Assembly (NCBI GenBank): GCA_047495785.1
Contig: JBLDXI010000019.1
Span: 1,054,001-1,118,000 of the forward strand
Length of the DNA stretch: 64,000 nt
Direction of reading: 5' to 3'
Source: Lepidodermella squamata
Lineage: Eukaryota > Animalia > Gastrotricha
This document shows positions 12,415 to 24,473 of this stretch, piece by piece. The stretch's first letter is position 1, and each line of letters opens with the position of its first letter. Below the pieces are notes generated by a model that saw nothing but the letters and a program-made list of their open reading frames with translations, made no database searches and was not told the DNA's origin. A program made the position numbers and the translations under genes.

Positions 12415-13276
12415 ATGCTGTCTTCCGAAATTTCAATTTCGCGATTGGTGCCTAAATTTGTCAACCTATACGCTCAACGAAGGGTAAGTGTATTTCGTAT
12501 ATTTTGTCAACATATTTTCATGTTTTCTGTTTCAGACCACGGTTGTTGTGAAGCGGAAGTATGACTTGCCGGCGTTAGGTGAAATGGAGGCTAAATTGAA
12601 GACGACAGCAAATGAGCCATGGTATAATTCAAAATACAATATGCTCGAGGTGGTTGAAAACACTTCGCTGAAAAAGCTGCCAAAGATGCAGGTTTTGCTC
12701 ACAACCTATGTCGAAGGAATCGGAGATCGTGGCGAAGTAGTCACAGTTAAACGGAAAATTGCTCGTCAGCATTTGCTCCCTATCGGCCTGGCAGTTTATC
12801 CAACTGAGGATAATTTGAAGAAGTACACCTCTGACAGCACTTCTTCGATTCCACGGCAAAAGCTTTCGCCCTTCGTGTCAAAAACTATCCGTTGTCTGCG
12901 ATCGATGAAACTTAGAATTCCGATGAATCATGCTGTGTCCTGGGAAATCGACAAAACACACGTGAAAGCGGCATTTCGTAAATATGGCGTGGAATTGAGT
13001 GAAGACTGCCTGGAGATACCTGAGGGCGAATCTGCTATCAAGTTCGACCCTGCTACAGATCAACCTAAATTCATCGAATTTCCCGTCAAAGTTACTGTTG
13101 TCGGTCTGGAGACCGTCGAAGTTCAAGCTCGCATCGAATGGGCTCAATTAACAGCCGAATCACGCCCGTCTGAACCTACACCATTCCATATATGGAGCAA
13201 GGATGCGACTGACATCAAAAGCGTCATTTTAGAGGCTTATGACCGCATGGTGAAAGAAAAAGCTAGCTCAAGTTGA
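12415..13276 (+). CDS. MRPL9: Mitochondrial ribosomal protein bL9m
   Basis: Exon 12415-12483, intron 12484-12535. VLLTTYVEGIGDRGEVVTVKRKIARQHLLPIGLAVY is the L9 N-terminal motif. Confidence 0.85.
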
Positions 13277-14109
13277 TTTATCAATAAAACTCGTGATATG
13301 TTTCGAATAAAACGGAAAATTTATTAATCATTCACATTAAAAAATCAATAATTTAAAATCGGAGAAGCGGCACAACACAAGCTGAAACAATAAAATAGGT
13401 AAAGCAAGATTCACAATAGAAAATTAATTCGTCGTTGAATTTTTCACTCGATTTTGGTGTAATCGACGGACTATAGATTCACAATGATGCATAGATTGGT
13501 TAGTGTGCGATGGAAAAATTGCGGCAGAAAGCAACAATATCATACGAAAGAGGCGATAACGTGTTGCGGAATAATCATCAAGGTTAACAACCATTTGTAT
13601 CGGTGTGCTCGCGATAACAGGGAACGCAAAATGAGGCAGTACAGTGAAGCATTCGGGCGGGAAAATCATCAAAAGACATCGATAAATTACTACATAGATG
13701 CGGTATTACCCTGTATATGTGAGCAAGGACGCACATCATGCGTGAAAACACGACTTCAAAAAGATATTTATGATGATCACAAGCACGCTACCTGATTTTG
13801 TGTATATATCCATCGTCAGTAAACATAGCTTTTGTTACACATAAAAGATCAGAGCAGGGTGCATCGAAAATTTCACAGGGGCTTTTGCTGACAATTTGTT
13901 TTTGATGACAAGGCGCGTTCTCGGGTCGAATAAACATCGACTACACCAGGCTCGTAATGAATTTAGATGAACTGCATACAGAAGGGAGTAGACAATAAAA
14001 ACAATGCATAGGCAGTCACCCGCTCTCCAGTAAACAATAAATACCTCAAGCGATCGATCTACTTCTTTTGATATATCAGTCATTGCACTGAGTAGAAAAA
14101 TAAATAATA

Positions 14110-16142
14110 TTATGCAACAATGCCGAGACTAGCGAGTTTTGATGACAGAAAAGAGTGAAGCGCAAAAACTATCGGTTTAGGAGAGGCGACTATAATGAGA
14201 CCATGGGCACGTCTATTCAGGTGAAGGGGTGATTCTTTCGAGCACGCTAGAACGTCAGCTTCCGTCGCCATTTCGAGATCGACAGTGCCCACGCCGTGTA
14301 GATCAAAGTAAAGCATTCGAGTGCCGTCGTCGGACGAGCTTGACAACGCACTGAGGGGTTTGGACCAGTAGTAAGGTTGTGCAGTTTCTTCGAGGTCACT
14401 CAGAGAAATTCGGTCCTCGCTGATTTCCAACGCACACAGTCGACCAGAAAATAAGACAGCAAAACGGAGAACACTAACCAGCGTTACAGCACGGTGACAA
14501 CCTGCGACAACAGCTCGGCACCAAATCGACAAAGATTGCGATGAATCACATCGAAAGGTTCGCCACTCAACAGGTACAACCGGTGTATCACGATTCGTAA
14601 CTACGGGCGACGTAAGTCGCGGTGGTAATCTCGCAATTCGAATACCGAATATCAGATGCCGACAGCTGGCTTCGACAGTTGCTGCCATTTCGCCAAAACT
14701 TCCGGAATTCGGACTTTCCGACGGGCCACACACCAAGCGGGAAAATACAAGGGGTATGCGAACAATTTCGTGTTTTGATAGCCAAGTTCCAAGTGCAGCT
14801 TTAAATGCAGCCTCTGAGTGATCGAGTGAAAGCGACGGGGCTCGATCAAATAACAGCATTTCTTTATCTGTAACTACGCCGAAGACTCGCTGCCACGAAT
14901 TGGATCCAGAACCGAAAGTAGGCTCTGTGAAAGGTGATTGGGCCAGAGAGTCTAGCCAGCCAACTTGCCAAAACTGGCCTGGGAACGAAAACGGCATTTG
15001 CGAATTGAGTGCAATCGTGTTTGATGGGTTGGCAAAAAAAGCATTTGCTCGATCGCGAAATCGATCAGCTGAAATATAAAATGCAAATGTTAACAAATCC
15101 TTCTCAAAATTTACTGAGCCACTGAGAAACTAACTCCAAGGTCATAACTAGACAATTTTTATCAGGTAGACTAACCTAATCTATCAATTATAGAGCTGAT
15201 CCAAGATAGCCAGCATCCAGCGATCGGCGGTGACGAAAATCGCAAAAAGATAGAGCGCGTATAGTCTGATGAATGGATTCTGATAACACGATTTCCGTAT
15301 TCTTCGAAGCTTGCCCCAGATTGATGGCTGATCATAGAATTGCGGGACGAAACGCGAGAAGACAATGAAGCACTCTGGGCCAGGTGAACGCCAGCCAATC
15401 GGAGCGAACAGACTCGCCGCCACCACGAGTTTCTCGGCTGGGACGTCTCATTGCCTTCTTCTTCGACGGTTTCTACGGATTTCGCCGGACTCAATGTGGT
15501 TAAAACGCCCCAGCCAATCTCGCCGAGAGGTGGAATAGTTTCAGTGCTAGATTTCAGGTAGTCCTGGCCCATTCTTGAGGGTGATGAAGTTGCAGAAGCC
15601 GATGGTAAATATTGCACTTCAATAACAACTTTTTGACCAGTTGAACGTAAAGCTCGAACAGCTTCTTCATGTGCGGCGTGTCGCAAATCAACTCCATTAA
15701 CCGAAATAATAGTATCACCAACGAAAAGTTGCCGTGACCGGTCAGCAGCCATACCTCGAAAAATTTTGGTAATTGTAATAGGCATTCTATGATCGGCTCC
15801 ACCTTTGATAGAAATTCCGAGTCCTTCTTCGCCTTTGTTAATCTCAATCCGACGAACCGAGCTCTCCAATTCTTCAGCTTGGACATTCAGCCTGTCAGGT
15901 TCACTTTCACATTGTCCAGTGTTTAGACTCGGTGGTCGCCGATGAGGCGTCGATGATTGTGAAACACAGTCGGTTTCATAGCCTGGCGACGATCTCTTTG
16001 ACAACGATGAGACAGGAGCGGAGCAATTACATTCTATCACAAGATCACCGGCTTCTTCACGTAAATCAACAACTACAGGTAGCCATTGTCCATTTGGTAG
16101 TTGAGCCTCCGCATCTGTTCTGAAGTGGCTAGTAACTGGCAT
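14110..16142 (-). CDS. Syntrophin (split PH, PDZ, PH2, SU domains)
   Basis: PDZ GLGISIKGGADHRMPITITKIFRGMAAD; SSDDGTRMLYFD; C-terminal PKPIVFALHSFLSSKLASLG. Intron 15175-15069. Confidence 0.9.
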
Positions 16143-16318
16143 CAAGCAAATTTCTAACAGCCTAAAGTAAAACAAAAAAATAGTCAATATCATATTTACT
16201 GATTAAAAAACATATAAGAATGCCAAACAAATCAATCTTACTATAGACGTCGATACACATAAACATTCAACAATTAATTGCGCAAATTGATAAAATTAGC
16301 AACACATTCTGATAGCGA

Positions 16319-17320
16319 TCATTCCATAGCTGAGGATGAGGACGACAGAATATTTGGCTGCAAATCACCCGGCCCTGCTACCAAACTTCCGAGTTCAATA
16401 CTCGACGTTTGGGCAAGGTCAGCGCTTAGAACTCCAGGTTCTACGAGAAGCGCGTGCTCATGTGAGAAATCAGAGAGCAAATCTCCAGAGGGAAACGAGG
16501 AAGCAAGGTTAGCATTGTCCGATTGGGACACAAGGCCTGAACTCTGCTGGAGAATATCGTTCACGGATAACGAGGAAGTCACAGGAAGTGAAGAGCTTGA
16601 CTGTACAGGTTGCTTTTTCTTTTTCGGTCTCCGTGGTGAAACTTTCGGAGGGTTAGGATTTCCCATATAGTTATTACCGCCACTGGATCCGGGCAGATCG
16701 AATTGAGGGTAAGATGCAACAGGTGTCGCCCGCTTTCCGCCTCCATTAACAGCTCTGCCGTTGTTGGTCTTTTGAGGAGGGATAACTGGCATACTGGGAC
16801 GAGGATCCATGATTTCGTTATTGGTGACAATCAAACCGGCGCCATAATACTTGAAGCGACGAAGTTTGGGTTTCTGATAAAACCTTTCCAAGCAGCGGAG
16901 CCTGACTTTGTGGAGACGAATCATGTCGTCGACTTTGGGATTTGACTCGTCCTCAGATGAGCTTTCAGCAAGTAATATATTTTGTAACCATTTTCGATTC
17001 TTCTTCACTTTTTTGCCGTTCAAACATTTTTCGCGAGCAGCTTTCCGATCGGCAGCAGTAAATTCGATATTATTGATGATCTTCGTAGTTCCTTTCTCGC
17101 CAACTTTTCTGACTTTGAGCAGCTCTGAAAGCTCCTTCTCAGCATCATTTATTCTAGACAGTTATAAAAGGTGTTAATATCAATTAACAACAACAAAATG
17201 CGAAGTGTTTGCTCACCTTCTCCGTACATCGCCTGTCAGAACGCGCTGACATTCTCCAACATATATATTCAGCTGAAGCGCCTCGTCCAGGTTTTGGACG
17301 TGCGGAGCAACGAACGACAT
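16319..17320 (-). CDS. Stand-alone INO80 N-terminal-domain-like protein (~312 aa), no HSA or ATPase domain
   Basis: Exon 17320-17217, intron 17216-17154. Motifs PHVQNLDEALQL, KKNRKWLQNILLAESS, DDMIRLHK and FKYYGAGLI match the metazoan INO80 N-terminus as recalled. Stop at 16319. Confidence 0.65.
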
Positions 17321-18133
17321 TTATAAAGCACCCTAAATATTAATAACACAATAATTAAAAGCGGTGAAAGTAATAACCACCAAAAAATTCTATAGCCAAG
17401 AGCCTAGAACGTTTAATAGCAAATAGTGAAGTCAAAAAATAAAGCTTTCGGGCTTGAATTTTGAATGTTGATTCACTCAGATTAAGAATGAAGCATGATA
17501 AATCTCACATGAAGTGGCGATGGGAGCGCAATAATTGATTCGCATTAAAGCATAACACATGGGCAGGCTATATGAGCAATCCACACTCCACGCAAAAGTA
17601 GCGATTAACAATCGCCATGGACATTCGCTATTCAGGCGGAGCGAGCATCTGTGTGTGAGCAATAGCAAGGAGTTTGGAATTTGACAGCATTCATCATAAA
17701 TTGACGTCAATAAACAGTTATGGATTAATACCAAATTGTTTAAATATGACATTTGGACAATCGCCAGATCACGCGCACACTCGCACTCGAGGATTTTTCG
17801 GAAAGTTTTTTGCGTATTTTCAAAAAATCGTCGTCTCTAAAAACTGATAAAAGTTTTGTTTTCACCGTTTCTTATGATTCATATAAAAACCTAACATTGA
17901 AATAACTTTAATTAAAATGAGCAACATTTACATAAAGTCACGTGATTTGAGGCGCGCAACTTTTTCGAGCAAGGGCCAACTCTTTTAGTTTTTTTTACGT
18001 CAGCTCTCATCTGGTCCTTGGTCTGTCGCATTAGGGCGTTAGGGCTTTTTATTCCCGTCTCCTGTCCTAACGCCTGATTTGTAATTTTACTCCGCCTCAG
18101 CATGTTAGAATGTTGTTTTTTGCTAATTACTAG

Positions 18134-18189
18134 ACCCAAGCGACTTCTTGCGATTTATTGTACCCAAGCGACTTCTTGCGATTTATTGT
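18134..18189. repeat. Perfect 28-bp tandem duplication
   Basis: acccaagcgacttcttgcgatttattgt x2. Confidence 0.9.
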
Positions 18190-18505
18190 TAAGTACACTG
18201 GTCACTGGTTGATTTTTCACAAATCGGCCGGTGTAACTTTCAAAAATGACAGCAATGAAATAAATAATGTCTCCACCCATCATGAACCCTGGCGTTGTAT
18301 ATTTGCTAGAAGATTCAATTTAGACTTTGGATCGGGGATCGGGGACCGTGGCACTCAGTCGCTGTTTCGATCTTATCCTCTATAAGACCATTGACGGCGT
18401 GTTAAGCTACCATGATGTTTTAGCAGTTGATCGGAGCATGAACTTTGAGCTTATGCAATTGAATTGTAAATATTTATTTATTCAATAGTATATTAGTAAC
18501 AGTCT

Positions 18506-20514
18506 ATGGCGAAGTCAAAAGTTGGGGCAGGATTTGATGCGCTATCGAACTCCAATGCGATAGACCCTGATGCCTTAAAAATGGCTGAGAAACTGGCAAA
18601 AGAGGAAGCTATTAAACACGCTAGTATGCTGAATAGATTGTATTAGCAGGACTTTTCCGAACGGTGATGTCGTTTCAGGATCTGGAAGGCAGTATTACGA
18701 GAAGGGCAGGCTGTGTGCGATGGGTGAGGCTGGGCGTCTGTTCAATGACGCAATATCGGAATTCACTGCCGCCATACGTCATCATCCGAAAGGCCACTCC
18801 TTTTATAGTAGCCGAGCTCAGTGTTACCTCGAGTTGGCTGAGTATCAAAAGTACGTTCACATTGCCTTGAATTATGGGCAATTATTCCTAATTTTTCCAG
18901 CGCCCTGAAGGACAGCGATATGGCTCTGAAGTTGATAAAAGAGGAAAATACTATTGATGTTGTTAAAGGTCTTCTGCGAAAAGGCAAAGCGCTGCATGGC
19001 TTACAGGTACGGGCCCATTTCTTGCTATGTTTCGTATATCGACTGTCATTTCTTTTCTTGCGCAGCGATTTGTCGATGCACTAACTACTGTTCAAAAAGC
19101 TGATGCATTAATGCCCAATCAAGCAGAGCTATTGGAAGAAATTGAAATATTGAGGCGGCTGGTTTCAGACAATGAAACTGTTGGCTTGGCAAAAGAGGAA
19201 CCAGCCTCAATACACGCTCTTGCTTCAAAGTCAACCCATTCTAATACCGGCTCAATTAAATCAGAGCCCGTTATCAAAGTCATAGCTACAGATCCGAAAA
19301 TAGAGTATGAATCGTATTTCGAATTGTAATTGGTAGCTATTTGATACTTTTTCTTAGCCCTGCGAATCCTCATCACGCCGTTACACTATGGGTTGGTAAT
19401 TTTCAAGGCAAAAAAGCAACGAATCAGGCTTTTTTAAATATATTTAAAAAGTAAGCGCATTTTAAGTCCAGCTCCTCAATATTTTCGACCAATTTTTAAG
19501 ATATGGCCCAGTCAAATCATACATCGTGCGTCCAGACAAGAATTACGGAATAATCACGTTCAATGACTGGAAAAAAACAGCCTCTGCCCTCGGCGAGCTC
19601 CAAGGCCACGTTTTTGACGGTGTGGCTCTAAAATTGAAGTACAAAAGTGAACATGACGTAGCAGAAAACCGACCTCGGTCAGTTGCGGCCGATGCTCTTC
19701 AAGATCATGCGATTTCTAACGGGAAATCCCCTCAGCGACCAGTGTATAGTTTTTTCAGCGTTTGTTGCCTTGAATAATATAACGACTTTTATGCAGAAGT
19801 ACAATGGCCGGGGCTTCAAAAGAATTTTCTCAAAATAACGCCATTTGGGTTGGATTTGGAAAATTACCGGATGGAATGGTCGATAAAGACCTTTATGATC
19901 TATTCATATGGTTAATACCGATTATACGCTATTCAGCTCTTCCTATAACATTACATGTTTTAGCTGTGGGGCCATCAAATCTTACTCGCTGTTGCCGAAA
20001 TCTAATTGCGGCTTTGTTAATTTTTGCCGACCGGAACATGTTTCAACAGCTATTCACACCTTTAACGTAATCTTTTTCGGTCTTCCACTCAGAAGTAATT
20101 GCATATGTTTATTCTCAGGGTCAAATGTACAAGGATCGCCAGCTGCGCGTCGAGCTTAAAAGTGAGAATGAAAATGTCAACTCGGAATATTACAGCAGCG
20201 ACTCCTGCGGTGGGAGTGTCCATTATCGTGATGAGGAGGAAGTTTACGAAGATGATGAGAGTGATGAATGCGAGGAAACCGCACTTTGGATCGGCAATCT
20301 TTACGATCCCTCTGTTCAAAAGCACCATTTGGAAGAAATATTTCGTCCTTACAAGCCTTTGAGTATTTTCATGTTAACCGAACGCAGCAAATGCGCCTTC
20401 GTCAACTTCAAAAGTCGAGCCGAAGCGCAGAGAGCACGAGATGCAACTCATGGTGCGCTGGTCGGACCGAATTCAATCAAAATTGTTGTTCAGCTCAAAG
20501 CTGAACGCACGTGA
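18506..20514 (+). CDS. Multi-exon TPR plus RRM protein (three TPRs, about three RRMs)
   Basis: Spliced TPRs (AISEFTAAIRHHP..FYSSRAQCYLELAEYQ|ALKDSDMAL..KGLLRKGKALHGLQ|RFVDAL). RNP motifs LWVGNF/NYGIITF, IWVGFG/NCGFVNF, LWIGNL/KCAFVNF. Confidence 0.75.
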
Positions 20515-20749
20515 TATTCTGTGAGCTCACTGAATTGCAAACTGCTGACAACGACTTGTTATGACAAACAAAAACTTGCCTGATCTGAACTTCATTGCCA
20601 TTTTTTCGCTTGATATTATCTCCATCGCATAATAATTGCAACAGGATTACTTTGGTGTATAACCACATCTTCCGACAAAACTTTGTTACCAGTGACGTTT
20701 TTCGCATTACAATAAATTTTCCCGGCTAGATTTTTATTGAAAATTGGAA

Positions 20750-22096
20750 ATGGCGCAACATTTCGAAGATACCCTAACATTCGCTCGTTCAATGGACGAA
20801 AAGGACGAGCTGCGCCGCTTCCGGCAGGAATTTTTCATCCCGACGGTCAAGGACATCAAAGAGCAGCGAAAGGAAGAATTTGAGGAGAAAGACAACCAAG
20901 AAGCTGTTTACGTATGCGGTCAATCGCTTGGATTGCTGGCAAAGCGCGGTGCTACTTACGTCAATCGAGAGCTGACGAAATGGGCCAAGGTTGGAGTTAT
21001 GGGCCACAAAAATGGCGAATTACCCTGGGAATCGTGCGAAGATTACCCCGTTGAGACGTTATCTCACCTTCTCGGCTGTCGAAAAGACGAAGTTGTTGTT
21101 CAAAACAACTTGACATCGAATATACATTTGCTGCTGTCTTCATTCTACCGCCCGACTCAATCGCGGTTCAAACTCGCAATTGAAGGCGATGCTTTCCCGT
21201 CTGATCATTACGCGCTTGAAGGCCACGCTCAGTTACATGGCTTCGATAAAAACGAGGCCTTGGTCGTTTTTCGACCGCGTCAAGGCGAGGACTTGATTAG
21301 AACGGAAGATATTCTAGCTAGGATTGAACAAGAGGGCGATAAGTTGGCGGTTATTTTTATGTCGGCCGTTCATTTTCGAACTGGCCAATTGTTCGAGTTG
21401 GACCGAATTGTCGAGGCCGGGCATAAAGTAGGCGCCCTGGTCGGCTTTGACCTGGCTCATGCGATCGGAAATATTCCTTTGCGGTTGGATGAGTGGAACG
21501 TTGACTTTGCATGTGCGTGTTCTTACAAATATTTGAACGCGGGCGCTGGCTCTATCGGCATTTGTTACATCAACAAGGCGCATTTCGAGCGGCCTTATCG
21601 CCTGATCGGCTGGTGGGCTCACAAAATGGACACGCGTTTTGTCATGAATAATCAGCTGGAGTTGGAGGACGGCGCCGCCGGGTTTAAAACCGGTAATCAG
21701 TCGCCATTTTTGTGTGCGCCGCTTATCGCGAGTCTTGAGGTGTTCCACGAGGCGGGCGGCATTGACCGCCTCCGAAAGAAGAGCCTCGTTTTAACCGCCT
21801 ATCTCGAATGGCTCCTTACGAAATCGGACTTATACGCTGACGTGGTTAACACTAAAATGCGCCCCCGAATTATTACCCCGACAGACCCAGCTAGACGCGG
21901 TTGTCAACTTTCGGTACGAATTCCGGACCCACCTGGTGCAAGCCATGTCGGGGAGGAATTGGAGAAGCGTGGCGTAGTTTGCGATATCCGACGACCGGAT
22001 ATTATTCGCGTTGCTCCTACGCCGTTGTACAACTCATTTGAAGACGTTTACCGTTTCGCAGTTATTTTTCGCGAAATTCTCCTCAAGTTTGTGTGA
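20750..22096 (+). CDS. KYNU: Kynureninase
   Basis: YVCGQSLGL, AFPSDHYA, GFDLAHAIGN, CSYKYLNAGAG (PLP lysine), RGCQLS, IRVAPTPLYNSFEDV. Confidence 0.95.
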   Translation: MAQHFEDTLTFARSMDEKDELRRFRQEFFIPTVKDIKEQRKEEFEEKDNQEAVYVCGQSLGLLAKRGATYVNRELTKWAKVGVMGHKNGELPWESCEDYPVETLSHLLGCRKDEVVVQNNLTSNIHLLLSSFYRPTQSRFKLAIEGDAFPSDHYALEGHAQLHGFDKNEALVVFRPRQGEDLIRTEDILARIEQEGDKLAVIFMSAVHFRTGQLFELDRIVEAGHKVGALVGFDLAHAIGNIPLRLDEWNVDFACACSYKYLNAGAGSIGICYINKAHFERPYRLIGWWAHKMDTRFVMNNQLELEDGAAGFKTGNQSPFLCAPLIASLEVFHEAGGIDRLRKKSLVLTAYLEWLLTKSDLYADVVNTKMRPRIITPTDPARRGCQLSVRIPDPPGASHVGEELEKRGVVCDIRRPDIIRVAPTPLYNSFEDVYRFAVIFREILLKFV

Positions 22097-22396
22097 TGTC
22101 GGGTTTTTCTCGCAAGGAATAACGGCTTCTGAATCTTCCGAATTGTTTATCGAATCTTCCGAACTCAGGACATATGCCACAAAAACACTAGGATAGGCTG
22201 AGCATATTTTTATTCTGTTGAACATTCCAAAAAGTGCCATAATATAGCTTTCAACTTTCAAGTATTTTTTTGCTGAGATTGAAACAGTATTTTCTTGATT
22301 CTATATACAAGGATCTGTAGCCAATTTAAATTCTGATGTTTTTAACGTTTTCTTTGTTTTCTTCTTTTTAGGCGCTAGTTTTTAAGTGGTTGTACG

Positions 22397-23590
22397 ATGG
22401 ATCACGGCAAAACTATGGAAGAAGACGATTATGAAGCTCTGCCGGATACCGCGCCTTTCATCGTTCAAATAGCAGCTGGAAGCATGGCGGGTGTTGCCGA
22501 ACACTCGATCATGTACCCGTTCGACTGTGTGAAAACCCGGCTGCAAACCGGTGCTAGCGGCGTGCCACCTTCCACAGCCCCGCCCGTCATCAAGCACCAC
22601 TGCGGTGCGCATCGAAGCGTCCCGTTGTTGCCGAAAACTGTGAATAGCGGATCTGTTAAGGTGGCTTCTGAATCGCTGGTTTCAATTTTGGTGCGCATGT
22701 GGAGGGTCGAGGGCCCGTGGGCGATGACCCGGGGCCTGTCGGCTGCTGCGGCCGGGGCAGCGCCGGCGCACGCCCTCTACTACACGACGTATGAGCGCGC
22801 GAAGATATTCTTCGCGAATCAAATGCGGTCGAACTCGGCGTTGGCGGCGCCCCTCGCCCAGGCGGCGGCTGGGTGCTGCGCGACTGTGGTGCACGACGCG
22901 GTGATGAACCCGGCAGAGGTCATCAAGCAGCGCATGCAGCTGTCCGGCCCGGCCAAAGTAAGTGTGGCCCCTCTAGCTAGTACGAAATGCCACCAATTTG
23001 CGGGCCCGCAGTCGCCGGCCGCGCCTAATTTTCAGCAACTGCGCCTCAGCCACCACTTGCCGCCGACGCAGAACCAGCCGCCGCCGCCGACCACGTACAC
23101 GGGCTGCATCGACTGCGCTGTGAAAACGCTGCGAAATGAAGGCATTGTCGCTTTCTACCGATCTTACCCGACCCAATTGACAATGAACGTGCCATTCCAA
23201 GCCGCGCATTTCGTCATTTACGAATCCACGTTAAAATGGTTGAACCCGACGAAGCAGTACAACCCGTTCTACCACTCGATTGCCGGCGCGATCGGCGGGG
23301 CGTGTGCTGCCGCTTTGACAACGCCGCTCGACGTCTGCAAAACCCTGCTCAACACGCAGTGGTGCGTGAAATTGCACCCGGAGTTGATGAAACAGAACCA
23401 CATTTCCCCGAATGCGCCCTTGCCCGGTTTTAAGGCGGCTGCCCGTGCCATTTACGACTGCTTCGGCATGCGAGGCTTCTTCCGCGGCGCCACCGCCCGC
23501 ATGGTCATCCAAGCGCCGTCGACCGCAATATCGTGGACGGTGTACGAATTCTTCAAGCACCACCTCGTCCCGGCCGAAGCGGAGAATTGA
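22397..23590 (+). CDS. Mitoferrin (SLC25A37/28-like mitochondrial iron carrier)
   Basis: DDYEALP, EHSIMYPFDCVKTRLQ, HDAVMNPAEVIKQRMQ, AFYRSYPTQLTMNVPFQ, TTPLDVCKTLLN. Confidence 0.93.
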   Translation: MDHGKTMEEDDYEALPDTAPFIVQIAAGSMAGVAEHSIMYPFDCVKTRLQTGASGVPPSTAPPVIKHHCGAHRSVPLLPKTVNSGSVKVASESLVSILVRMWRVEGPWAMTRGLSAAAAGAAPAHALYYTTYERAKIFFANQMRSNSALAAPLAQAAAGCCATVVHDAVMNPAEVIKQRMQLSGPAKVSVAPLASTKCHQFAGPQSPAAPNFQQLRLSHHLPPTQNQPPPPTTYTGCIDCAVKTLRNEGIVAFYRSYPTQLTMNVPFQAAHFVIYESTLKWLNPTKQYNPFYHSIAGAIGGACAAALTTPLDVCKTLLNTQWCVKLHPELMKQNHISPNAPLPGFKAAARAIYDCFGMRGFFRGATARMVIQAPSTAISWTVYEFFKHHLVPAEAEN

Positions 23591-24272
23591 CCTCGCCATA
23601 ATATACATAGCTTATTATAGTCAAAACTATATAAATCATTGTTACGGTTTAGCCCGTGTCCGTTTTTTGTTGAAAAGGGCGTTAAAATGAGCTAAGTCTT
23701 ACCGCACCATTATTTGTGTAAAATAATGCTATTTTTCCTGTTCTACTAGCGCCTTGTTATTATAGCTCACCCTGTGATTCTGCTGCTGTCAATTATATAA
23801 GAATTAAATATCAACTACCGATGATTTTTTTGCCTCTGCGTGTGAACAATGCACCAATCATACTATGTATATCATCCTCATGTAAATGAAGTCAACTCGA
23901 CAATTTGTTTTCTACGTGATCGATGTTGAAACGTTGACATGATAATATTAAGGTAGTTTTTTTAATCACGGCAGTGTGAATTGCGAATGAATGATGCGAG
24001 GTGGCTGCGTTGTGTGCAAAGGGGAAGATACGAAAATACAACATATAATGTTATTATTTACTGAGACAAAATTGGAAATATATGATGTCGATGATTGAAG
24101 GTTGGAAATAAATTGAATATTTTCTAAGCCGCGGTGTTTTTTTATGAGTGGAATGGGAAAAGTAATCAGTCCAATCCGAGTGTGTGTGTTTTAACCCTTT
24201 TATGACGAGTGGGAAAAAAGTTACTCCGGACTTGTAGATATAGAAATGGGGCGATTATCGAAGTATCGAATA

Positions 24273-24473
24273 TTCCGTATGAATTCGAATAAAGGCCGCA
24301 GCGACTATTTTCCTGATTTTTTGAAACGCGGCGATGATTCGGATGCAGCCTTTATCCCCGCTCTGTAATTGTCTCTTATTAAACTGATCAATGATGAGCT
24401 TTCCAAGTGTCATAGGCGCCTTCGCTAGTTATTTGCTACAAGTTTAGCGGCGTTGATTCAAGAAAATACAGTA
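24273..24473. mobile_element. Possible degenerate MITE (~200 bp)
   Basis: Left end ttccgtatgaattcgaataaaggccgc versus reverse complement of right end tactgtattttcttgaatcaacgccgc (18/27 identical). Confidence 0.3.

Noticed and set aside
13424-14083. Short ORFs between MRPL9 and syntrophin
   Set aside because: AT-rich with no recognisable motifs; best explained as convergent 3' UTRs.
18134-18189. CRISPR-like repeat
   Set aside because: Only two abutting copies with no spacer, in a eukaryotic context.
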